From: a virus
Taxonomy: Duplodnaviria; Caudoviricetes
Direction: 5' to 3' (one strand)
DNA length: 25,217 nucleotides
IMG/VR virus record: IMGVR_UViG_3300020374_000657
Span: 1-25,217 of that record
In this document: one piece after another, positions 17,597-25,217 of the stretch
How the letters are laid out: the number at the start of each line of letters is the position of its first letter
Numbering within the stretch: the stretch's first letter is position 1
Notes under the pieces: generated by a model
Databases searched by the model: none
Told to the model about the DNA's origin: nothing
What the model saw: only the letters and a program-made list of their open reading frames with translations
Translations under genes and position numbers: made by a program

Positions 17597-17932
17597 ATGG
17601 CAGCTGTAGCAAATTTTAACATAGATCAAGGAACTACCTTCAGTTCAACTGTAACGGTTAAAGATAGTACGGGAAATCCGTTAGATTTAACTGGTTATAC
17701 AGCAACTGCAAATATGGCTCTAGGATATGCAAGTACAAGAACACGTACAGCATTAACTATAGCTTTTGCAACTGATAGAACAACGGGAGATGTCACTATG
17801 TCATTAACTGCAACACAAACAGCAGCTTTAGAAGCTCCTGCAAGATATGTATTTGATATGGATATAACAGATTCTTCAGGAACAGTAACAAGAGTAATTG
17901 AGGGTCTAATGACTGTTAGACCTAACGTATAA
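17597..17932 (+). CDS. small virion/baseplate-associated beta-rich protein
   Basis: NIDQGTTF...DLTGYT...SLTATQT...RYVFD...RVIEG...V.P pattern common in phage tail/baseplate adaptor proteins. Confidence 0.7.
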   Translation: MAAVANFNIDQGTTFSSTVTVKDSTGNPLDLTGYTATANMALGYASTRTRTALTIAFATDRTTGDVTMSLTATQTAALEAPARYVFDMDITDSSGTVTRVIEGLMTVRPNV

Positions 17933-17951
17933 TAACAAGGAGAAATATAAC

Positions 17952-18236
17952 ATGAGTAGTGAAAACATCAACTCAACAACAGCACCTGCGACAGAACCAA
18001 CTTTTACTATAGACGGAAAAGACTATAAAAAAAGTGAATTGTCAACTAAAACTTACAATTCTATTATAGTAAGACAAGATTTGCAAGCAACTAAAATCAA
18101 ACTTTCTTTAGAGTTAGAAAAGATTGCAATTCTTCAGGCTCACTATGATAATGCCATCGCAAACGAATTAGGTATTGAAATCAAAAAACCAGAACCTAAT
18201 TCATCTACAACTGGCGCTGATACAGATAAAAAGTAG
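17952..18236 (+). CDS. hypothetical protein, possible fibre assembly chaperone
   Basis: TIDGKDY followed by a predicted coiled coil; SD GGAG upstream; lies among fibre genes. Confidence 0.6.
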   Translation: MSSENINSTTAPATEPTFTIDGKDYKKSELSTKTYNSIIVRQDLQATKIKLSLELEKIAILQAHYDNAIANELGIEIKKPEPNSSTTGADTDKK

Positions 18237-18277
18237 TTGAAATTACATAATTGTACTTGATTTAGATACCTTATTAT

Positions 18278-18285
18278 TATAAATA
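18278..18285 (+). promoter_or_regulatory. T4-like late promoter TATAAATA
   Basis: Exact consensus in the 80-bp intergenic gap; SD-like AAGG before ATG 18317. Confidence 0.75.
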
Positions 18286-18316
18286 TTGTAATTAAACATT
18301 ATTTAAAAAGGTAAAA

Positions 18317-18595
18317 ATGTCAAACGATATTACTGCTACATATAGTACAGGTACTAATACTACAGCTACGATTAATAGTAACTCAACAGGACCGAATAAC
18401 GTATCGGTCACATCACCATCGGTCAGTCAATTACAAAGTAATGTAAATAAACTTACTGGTTTAAGTGACGTAAATGCGGCTACGCTAAACGATGGTGCAA
18501 TGATTCAATATGATGATAATAGTAAAAAATTTGTAACAAGAAATGAAATAAAAACTGAAAGTGGAAATTTAATATTAAACGGTGGCACATTTTAA
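18317..18595 (+). CDS. small virion structural/fibre adaptor protein
   Basis: S/T/N-rich; LTGLSDV...QYD motif; C-terminal LNGGTF. Confidence 0.65.
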   Translation: MSNDITATYSTGTNTTATINSNSTGPNNVSVTSPSVSQLQSNVNKLTGLSDVNAATLNDGAMIQYDDNSKKFVTRNEIKTESGNLILNGGTF

Positions 18596-18608
18596 TAGGG
18601 AGAATTAA

Positions 18609-20744
18609 ATGGCAACAATTATAAAGATTAAACGAACCACAGGTTCTTCGGCACCTTCAGGTTTAGAGCAAGGGGAACTTGCTTACGTTTACGATACATC
18701 ATCAGCCAGTACAGGCGCTGGTGGTAATGGTCTACGATTATTCATTGGAGATCATACATCAACATCAAACGCCGCAATAGAAATTGGCGGTCAATATTAC
18801 AAACTTTTATTAGATCACGCACATGGTACACTAACAGCTTCATCTGCTGTAATTGTAGATTCTAGTAAGAGAATAGACGAATTATTAATAGGTAATAATG
18901 CCACAACTGGTGGTACTATTAAATTAAACGAAGGTACCAATAACGGTGCCCACTTCATAGCACTTAAAGCTCCCAATAGTGTAGGAAGTTCAGTTACATT
19001 TACTTTACCTAGTGCAGACGGTTCAAATGGCCACTTATTAACTACAGACGGTTCTGGTAATCTTTCATTTGCTGCTCCAGCGTCAAGTTCATTTACACTT
19101 GCTGCTGATAGTGGTTCAAACGATACATTTACAACAGGTCAAACTTTAACGTTTACTGGTGGTACTGGTATTGACACAACCGTTTCTGATAACGAAATTA
19201 CTTTTGCTATTAATACTGGTACGGTAGTTGATTTATCAACAGCACAAACACTTACAAACAAAACATTAACATCTCCTAAGATAAACGAAGACGTAGCATT
19301 AACTGCTACTGCCACAGAGTTAAACTTACTAGATGGTGTTTCTGGATTAGTACAGGCAGACTTTACAAAATTAGCTGCTATAACTTCTACTGCTACTGAA
19401 TTAAATTTATTAGATGGTATTACTGCTATTGCTGATGAAGACAATATGGCAAGTAATAGTGCTACAGCACTTGCAACTCAACAATCAATCAAAGCATATG
19501 TTGACTCGCAATTAACGGCACAAGACATGGACGTTACGTCTGACTCTGGAACAATTGATGTTGATTTAGATTCAGAAACATTAACGATTGCTGGTGGAAC
19601 TGGTATTAATACATCTGCTACAGGAACAACATTAACGGTTGCAATTGACACAGGTACAACTGTTGATTTATCAACATCACAGACTTTAACAAACAAAACA
19701 CTAACAAGTCCTACATTAACTACACCTAGATTTGCTGACGATGGCTTTATTGCTGACGCAAGTGGTAATGAACAGATTAAATTTCAACAGACTGCAAACG
19801 CTGTAAACTTTGTAGAAGTTACAAACTCTGCTACAGGTGATGGTGTTAAAATAGGTGCTACAGGTACTGATACAAACGTTAACCTAATACTTGATCCTAA
19901 AGGTTCTGGTACGGTTGATGTTAATACAAGTAGAATAGTAAACGTAACTGATCCATCTTCAGCACAAGACGCTGCTACAAAAGCATATGTTGATAGTGTT
20001 GCAAATGGTTTAGATGTTAAGGCTTCTGTTAAATTAGCTTCAACAGCAAACGTTGCTGGTACATACAATAACGGTGCTGGTACTATAACTGCAGGATCAA
20101 ACGGTGCTATATCTATAGACGGTGTTACACCATCTGCAAGTGATAGAGTATTATTAAAAAATCAGACAGACGCAACTGAAAATGGTTTATATTTAATTAC
20201 AACGGTTGGTGATGGTTCAACTGCATACGTATTAACAAGAACGCCAGACGCTGACGCTGCTGCTGAGATAACTGGTGGTGCTTTCGTATTCGTTGAACAA
20301 GGTACTGCAAATGCTGACAATGGTTATGTATTCACACACAATGGTACACCTACACTAGGAACAACTGATATAACGGTTGAACAATTCTCTGGTGCTGGTC
20401 AAATATCTGCTGGTGCTGCCTTAACTAAAACAGGTAATCAGTTAGACGTTGCTGTAGATGATTCTACTATTGAAATATCTTCAGACGCATTACAAATTAA
20501 AACAACTTATCCTGGTCAAACATCAATCACTACTTTAGGAACAATTGCAACTGGTACATGGAATGCGACTGCAATCGGTGCTACAAAGGGTGGTACAGGA
20601 TTAACTTCTTACTCAACTGGTGATATAATTCGTGCAAGTGGTGCTAACACATTGGCTGCATTATCATTAGGGGCAAGTGGTAAAATTTTACAATCAAACG
20701 GTAGTAACGTAACATACGGCGATATTGACGGCGGAACTTACTAA
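18609..20744 (+). CDS. tail fibre-like protein (711 aa)
   Basis: N-terminal IKIKR...P..L..GELAY fibre head motif; QTLTNKTLTSP x2; DAATKAYVD; DRVLLKNQT...ENG.Y; C-terminal IDGGTY. Confidence 0.8.
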   Translation: MATIIKIKRTTGSSAPSGLEQGELAYVYDTSSASTGAGGNGLRLFIGDHTSTSNAAIEIGGQYYKLLLDHAHGTLTASSAVIVDSSKRIDELLIGNNATTGGTIKLNEGTNNGAHFIALKAPNSVGSSVTFTLPSADGSNGHLLTTDGSGNLSFAAPASSSFTLAADSGSNDTFTTGQTLTFTGGTGIDTTVSDNEITFAINTGTVVDLSTAQTLTNKTLTSPKINEDVALTATATELNLLDGVSGLVQADFTKLAAITSTATELNLLDGITAIADEDNMASNSATALATQQSIKAYVDSQLTAQDMDVTSDSGTIDVDLDSETLTIAGGTGINTSATGTTLTVAIDTGTTVDLSTSQTLTNKTLTSPTLTTPRFADDGFIADASGNEQIKFQQTANAVNFVEVTNSATGDGVKIGATGTDTNVNLILDPKGSGTVDVNTSRIVNVTDPSSAQDAATKAYVDSVANGLDVKASVKLASTANVAGTYNNGAGTITAGSNGAISIDGVTPSASDRVLLKNQTDATENGLYLITTVGDGSTAYVLTRTPDADAAAEITGGAFVFVEQGTANADNGYVFTHNGTPTLGTTDITVEQFSGAGQISAGAALTKTGNQLDVAVDDSTIEISSDALQIKTTYPGQTSITTLGTIATGTWNATAIGATKGGTGLTSYSTGDIIRASGANTLAALSLGASGKILQSNGSNVTYGDIDGGTY

Positions 20745-20766
20745 TCGTTTTATATAGAGAGATATA

Positions 20767-21216
20767 ATGGCGACAGTTATTAAGTTAAAGACAGGAACAG
20801 GTGCACCTACTACAAGTGATATTGAGGCTCGTGAGGTTGCAATTGATACCTCGGCACAAAAATTTTATATTAATGATAGTGGTACTATTAAAGAAATAGG
20901 TGGTGCTTCTTCAGGTACATTATCATCTTTATCAGATGTAACAATTTCTAACTCGGCAGCTTCACAATATCTTATCTACAATGGTAGTGCTTGGGTAAAT
21001 GAATATCAACATAATGTTGGTAAAGTAGTTCCTTTTACTAAAACAGACGCTTCCACTACAACAATTTCATTAGTGAACAACAAAGATATAACAACTATCA
21101 ATGGTTTTTTAGATAATGTCGTATCGCAATCATATTATCTACCATTTACAAATGCAAGTGGTACAGCAGTAACAACAGTAAGACCAGGACATATGCCTGA
21201 GATTTCGGAGATATAA
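20767..21216 (+). CDS. small fibre-associated structural protein
   Basis: N-terminus MATVIKLKTGTGAP is paralogous to 18609; LSSLSDV...LIYNGSAWVN motif. Confidence 0.65.
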   Translation: MATVIKLKTGTGAPTTSDIEAREVAIDTSAQKFYINDSGTIKEIGGASSGTLSSLSDVTISNSAASQYLIYNGSAWVNEYQHNVGKVVPFTKTDASTTTISLVNNKDITTINGFLDNVVSQSYYLPFTNASGTAVTTVRPGHMPEISEI

Positions 21217-21219
21217 TAA

Positions 21220-24200
21220 ATGAGTTCTAAAACGCCAGTACGAGCAACCTTTTCGGGATCAAACGTAACAGGATTAGCAGAATATCAATCAGGCGAATTT
21301 GTACCTTTAACACATGGTGGTTTAGGTGCCTCTTTATCTATAGGTTCTGCAGGACAGGTTTTAAAAGTTAATGGTGCTGGTAACGCAATAGAATTTGGTG
21401 CTGTTGAGGCGATTGTTAATATTGACAACGCAACAGATTTAGAAAGTGCTACATTAGCAGTAGGTGATAAGATATTATTATCTGATGGTGGTACTGAAGG
21501 TAGAGTATTACTTTCTCAATTAGATACTTTATTTTCTGGTACAACAAAAACTCTTACAAATAAAACTTTAACAAGTCCTGTATTAAATACTGCTGTTTCA
21601 GGTTCTGCTATACTAGATGAAGACAATATGGCTTCAGATAGTGCTACGCAACTTGCAACTCAACAATCTATTAAAGCATATGTTGACGCTCAAATTACAG
21701 CAGAAGATTTAGATGTTACTACAGATAGTGGCACAATCGCAATAGATTTAGATAGTGAAACTTTAACAGTTACAGGTGGTACTGGTATAGATTCAAGTGC
21801 AACAGGTAATGCTGTAACACTTGCTATTGACTCAACTGTTGCAACACTAACAGGATCACAAACTTTAACTAATAAGACATTAACAACACCAGTAATTGCT
21901 GAGATAGACGCAACAGGCGACTTTACTTTAGACGCTGTTGGTGATATTAGTTTAGACGCTGACGGTGGTAATATTTACTTTAAGGATGCTGGGGCATCAA
22001 TTTTTTCACTTAATAATGTATCGCAAGATGTTGTTTTAAAAAGTGAAGTAAATGATAAAGACATTATATTTCAAGGTGTAGATAATAGTTCTGCTATCAC
22101 AGCATTAACTTTAGATATGTCAGCTGCAGGTGCAGCCACATTTAATGATGAAATTATATTAGGTGCAAATAAAAAAATAAAATTTGGAACAGCAGATGAA
22201 AATATTAATGGCGATGGTTCAAGTGTACTAAACATAAACTCTGGTGGTGCAATTAATATTGCTGGTAATCATGCAAATATAACAAGTTCAAGCACAACCA
22301 TAACAAACTTCTCATCTCAAGGATCTAAACTACTTGTGATTGGTAACTCATCTCAAAGTGTAACAATAGAAACAGATGTACAAGATAAAGATTTAATCTT
22401 TAAAGGTAACGATGGTGGATCAGTAATCACAGCATTAACTTTAGATATGTCAGGCGCTGGTGCGGCTACATTTAACTCTACTGTAACTGCTTCAGGTTTT
22501 GTTGGTAACGTAACAGGTAACGTATCAGGCAGTTCAGGATCAACAACTGGTAACGCTGCTACAGCAACTGCATTAGAAACTGCTAGAACAATCGCAGGAC
22601 AAAGTTTTGATGGTACAGGCAATATTACAATTGCTAGTACAGATTTATCTAATACAGCTGCAATCGCATTATTAACTGCTTCACAGACATTAACTAATAA
22701 AACACTTACAACTCCTGTAATTGCAGAAATAGACGCAACAGGCGGTTTTAAAATAGACGCTGTTGGAGATATTCAACTTGACGCTGGTGGTGCCGACATA
22801 GAATTTTTAGATGACGATACATCATTCTTAAAAATATCAAATAGTTCAAGTGATGTTCATATAAGAAGTATAGTCCAAGATAAAGATATATTATTTAGAG
22901 GTAATGATGGTGGATCACAAATAACTGCTCTTACTTTAGATATGTCAGAAGCTGGTGCAGCTTCATTTAATAGTAACGTAACTGTTGGTGGTAATGCTGT
23001 AATTACAGGAAACTTAACTGTAAATGGTACTACTACAACACTTGCAACTACTAACTCAACAATTACAGATAGACTAATAGAATTAGGTAATGGCACTACA
23101 GGTACTCCTGGTAATGACATGGGTCTTGTATTTGAAAGAGGTGACTCTGATAATGCTTTTGTAGGTTGGGATGAAAGTACAGATAAGTTTATAGTTGGTA
23201 CTGGTACATTTACTGGTGCTTCAACAGGTGACTTAACAATCACAACTGGTACACTTGTTGCAAATTTAGAAGGAAACGTAACAGGTAATGTAACAGGTAA
23301 CGCTGACACAGCAACTGCTTTAGCAAATGCTAGAACGATTGCAGGACAATCATTTGATGGTACAGGTAATATTACAATTGCGTCAACTGATTTATCTAAC
23401 ACAAGTGCTATTACATTATTAACAAGCACTCAAACATTAACGAATAAAACATTAACAAGTCCTGAAATAGATACTATAACTAGAACAGGTAATTTCACAC
23501 TTGACGTTTCTGGTGATATTATATTAGACGCTGATGGTACTAATATTCAAATAAAAGACGGTGGAAGTGAAGTTATAAGACTTTCAATGGATGGTGGAGG
23601 ACCTAATTTTTATGTTCCTCAGGAAGGTAAAAACTTTAAAATTACAGGTAACGATGGTGGTAGCACGATTACTGCATTAGATATTCAAATAGGAAATGCA
23701 GGTGCAGCTACATTTAATTCTACCGTAACTGCTTCAGGTTTTGTTGGTGATGTCACAGGTAATGCTGATACAGCAACTACTTTAGCAAATGCTAGAACAA
23801 TTGCTGGTCAATCATTTGATGGTAGTGCAAATATCACAATCGCTTCAACTGACTTATCTAATACAAGTGCTATTACATTATTAACAAGCACTCAAACATT
23901 AACGAATAAGACACTTACAACTCCAGTAATAGAAGAAATAGACTCAAGTAATGATATTACTTTAGACGCCGCTGGGAAAATTGTATTAGACGCTGACACA
24001 GGTTCAAATGGTGTTCAATTAAAAGATGGTGGAACAGAATACATGAGATTTTCATCTAATGGTATTCATTCAAATATGTACCTACCACAAGAAGATGGCG
24101 ATTTAGCAATTCAATTAAATGATGGTGGTAGCACAATAACAGCTTTATCATTTGACGCTTCACATAGTGGTAATGCTCATTTCAATAATAATGTTAGTAT

Positions 24201-25217
24201 GGGTGGTACATTAACATTTGAAGGCGCAACTGCTGATGGCAATGAAACGACTTTAACGGTTGTTGATCCTACAGCAGATAGAACAATTACATTCCAAAAT
24301 GCTAGTGGTACAGTTGCTTTCTTAACAGATGTAACTGGTGGTGCTACGCCTGGTAACTTTACAACTATTACACTTGATAACAATATTACGTTTGAAGGTG
24401 CAACAGATGACGCACATGAAACTACTTTAACTGTAGCAGACCCTACAGCAGATAGAACGGTTACAATACCAGACGCAACAGGTACAATAGTTTTAAAAGA
24501 TACTACAGATACACTTACAAACAAAACATTAACAAGTCCTGTTATCGCAGCCATCACAAGTACAGCGGATATAGATTTAACTGCTACAAATGATGTTAAT
24601 ATACCTGCAAACGTAGGATTAACATTCGGTGATGACGGAGAGAAAATAGAAGGTAATGGTACTTTATTAACAATTGCTTCAAGTAACAATTTAGTTTTAG
24701 ATGTTGCTAACGATATTCTTTTAGACGCTGGTAATGGTGCATGGTACTTTAATGATGACGGAACAACAATTGGTTCATTTACAAATTCATCAAGTGATTT
24801 TGTATTAAAATCAAATGTAAGTGATAAAGATTTAATCTTTAAAGGTAACGATGGTGGTTCCGAAGTAACTGCTCTTACTTTAGACATGTCAGACGCTGGT
24901 GCAGCTACATTTAATAGTAATGTTGCAATCGGTGGTAATGCTACAGTAACAGGTAACTTAACAGTTAACGGAACAACAACTACACTTGCTACAACAAATT
25001 CAGTTATATCTGACAGACTAATAGAATTAGGAAATGGTACAACAGGCACTCCTGGCAATGATATGGGTATCGTACTTGAAAGAGGCGATAGTGATAACGC
25101 ATTTATAGGTTGGGACGAGTCTGCTGATAAGTTCATAGTAGGTACAGGATCATTTACAGGTGCAAGTACAGGTAACTTAACAATTACAACAGGTACTTTA
25201 GTCGCAAATTTAGAAGG
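21220..25217 (+). CDS. 3'-partial very long repetitive tail fibre protein (>1330 aa), absent from ORF track
   Basis: ATG at 21220 (MSSKTPVRATFSGSNVTGLAEYQSGE...); I read the frame without a stop to the window end (...TGTLVANLE). It contains six TLTNKTLT(S/T)P motifs and several repeated modules. Confidence 0.88.
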   Translation, partial: MSSKTPVRATFSGSNVTGLAEYQSGEFVPLTHGGLGASLSIGSAGQVLKVNGAGNAIEFGAVEAIVNIDNATDLESATLAVGDKILLSDGGTEGRVLLSQLDTLFSGTTKTLTNKTLTSPVLNTAVSGSAILDEDNMASDSATQLATQQSIKAYVDAQITAEDLDVTTDSGTIAIDLDSETLTVTGGTGIDSSATGNAVTLAIDSTVATLTGSQTLTNKTLTTPVIAEIDATGDFTLDAVGDISLDADGGNIYFKDAGASIFSLNNVSQDVVLKSEVNDKDIIFQGVDNSSAITALTLDMSAAGAATFNDEIILGANKKIKFGTADENINGDGSSVLNINSGGAINIAGNHANITSSSTTITNFSSQGSKLLVIGNSSQSVTIETDVQDKDLIFKGNDGGSVITALTLDMSGAGAATFNSTVTASGFVGNVTGNVSGSSGSTTGNAATATALETARTIAGQSFDGTGNITIASTDLSNTAAIALLTASQTLTNKTLTTPVIAEIDATGGFKIDAVGDIQLDAGGADIEFLDDDTSFLKISNSSSDVHIRSIVQDKDILFRGNDGGSQITALTLDMSEAGAASFNSNVTVGGNAVITGNLTVNGTTTTLATTNSTITDRLIELGNGTTGTPGNDMGLVFERGDSDNAFVGWDESTDKFIVGTGTFTGASTGDLTITTGTLVANLEGNVTGNVTGNADTATALANARTIAGQSFDGTGNITIASTDLSNTSAITLLTSTQTLTNKTLTSPEIDTITRTGNFTLDVSGDIILDADGTNIQIKDGGSEVIRLSMDGGGPNFYVPQEGKNFKITGNDGGSTITALDIQIGNAGAATFNSTVTASGFVGDVTGNADTATTLANARTIAGQSFDGSANITIASTDLSNTSAITLLTSTQTLTNKTLTTPVIEEIDSSNDITLDAAGKIVLDADTGSNGVQLKDGGTEYMRFSSNGIHSNMYLPQEDGDLAIQLNDGGSTITALSFDASHSGNAHFNNNVSMGGTLTFEGATADGNETTLTVVDPTADRTITFQNASGTVAFLTDVTGGATPGNFTTITLDNNITFEGATDDAHETTLTVADPTADRTVTIPDATGTIVLKDTTDTLTNKTLTSPVIAAITSTADIDLTATNDVNIPANVGLTFGDDGEKIEGNGTLLTIASSNNLVLDVANDILLDAGNGAWYFNDDGTTIGSFTNSSSDFVLKSNVSDKDLIFKGNDGGSEVTALTLDMSDAGAATFNSNVAIGGNATVTGNLTVNGTTTTLATTNSVISDRLIELGNGTTGTPGNDMGIVLERGDSDNAFIGWDESADKFIVGTGSFTGASTGNLTITTGTLVANLE
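23401..23909 (+). repeat. 47-bp perfect direct repeat (23401-23447 and 23863-23909)
   Basis: acaagtgctattacattattaacaagcactcaaacattaacgaataa occurs twice, 462 bp apart (in frame). Confidence 0.9.
24214..24500 (+). repeat. tandem TFEGAT...ETTLTV.DPTADRT.T module (x2)
   Basis: TFEGATADGNETTLTVVDPTADRTITF and TFEGATDDAHETTLTVADPTADRTVTI. Confidence 0.85.

Larger units (their letters stand above)
22879..25217 (+). repeat. 395-bp diverged direct repeat (22879-23273 vs 24823-25217) within the fibre gene
   Basis: Both encode DKD..F.GNDGGS..TALTLDMS...TGNLTVNGTTTTLATTNS..DRLIELGNGTTGTPGNDMG..ERGDSDNAF.GWDES.DKFIVGTG...TGTLVANLEG, colinear and without gaps. Confidence 0.9.

Noticed and set aside
19139-25136. 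Six minus-strand ORFs (19139, 19478, 19784, 22353, 22857, 24177; up to 319 aa)
   Set aside because: Antisense shadows of the plus-strand fibre genes, rich in V/P/S/A as expected from reverse-complemented Thr/Gly/Asp codons; no independent coding signal.
21220-25217. Diversity-generating retroelement or invertase shufflon acting on the fibre
   Set aside because: Repeats are direct, in-frame and coding, with mostly third-position differences that are not adenine-specific; no reverse transcriptase or recombinase in the window.
1-25217. tRNA, ncRNA, CRISPR array, intron or stop-codon recoding
   Set aside because: Intergenic gaps are at most ~80 bp with no such structure; genes tile fully under the standard code using TAA, TAG and TGA stops.

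Overview
AT-rich (roughly 30% GC by eye), gene-dense segment of a T4-like marine myovirus. The evidence is T4-type late promoters (TATAAATA), Ser/Thr/Gly-rich fibre genes and overall style; an SAR11/Pelagibacter-type host is my inference only. Virion genes flank the window: a 5'-partial structural gene (<1-624) and a fibre/adaptor block (17597->25217), which includes a >1330-codon repetitive fibre ORF from 21220 that the ORF track misses. Between them is a ~17 kb island of 20 mostly enzyme genes. It encodes an NDP-sugar epimerase, 2 nitroreductase-fold proteins, a cysteine-hydrolase-like protein, 3-4 glycosyltransferase-like proteins, 3 radical SAM enzymes plus a stand-alone SPASM-like protein, a methyltransferase, a PP-loop/QueC-like ATPase, a NodU/CmcH/TobZ carbamoyltransferase, a DegT aminotransferase, an SGNH protein, a DddP-like (DMSP-lyase-type) M24 protein and an ATP-grasp protein. 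Fourteen of these genes form an inverted operon driven by a near-consensus sigma70 promoter. Main leads: (1) a phage-encoded pathway for a heavily decorated amino-sugar glycan or small molecule of unknown target; (2) a phage-borne DddP-like gene; (3) four promoters, each exactly 5 nt from an ATG, suggesting leaderless mRNAs; (4) a modular tail fibre with identical internal DNA patches. All family calls come from motif recognition; no database search was run.
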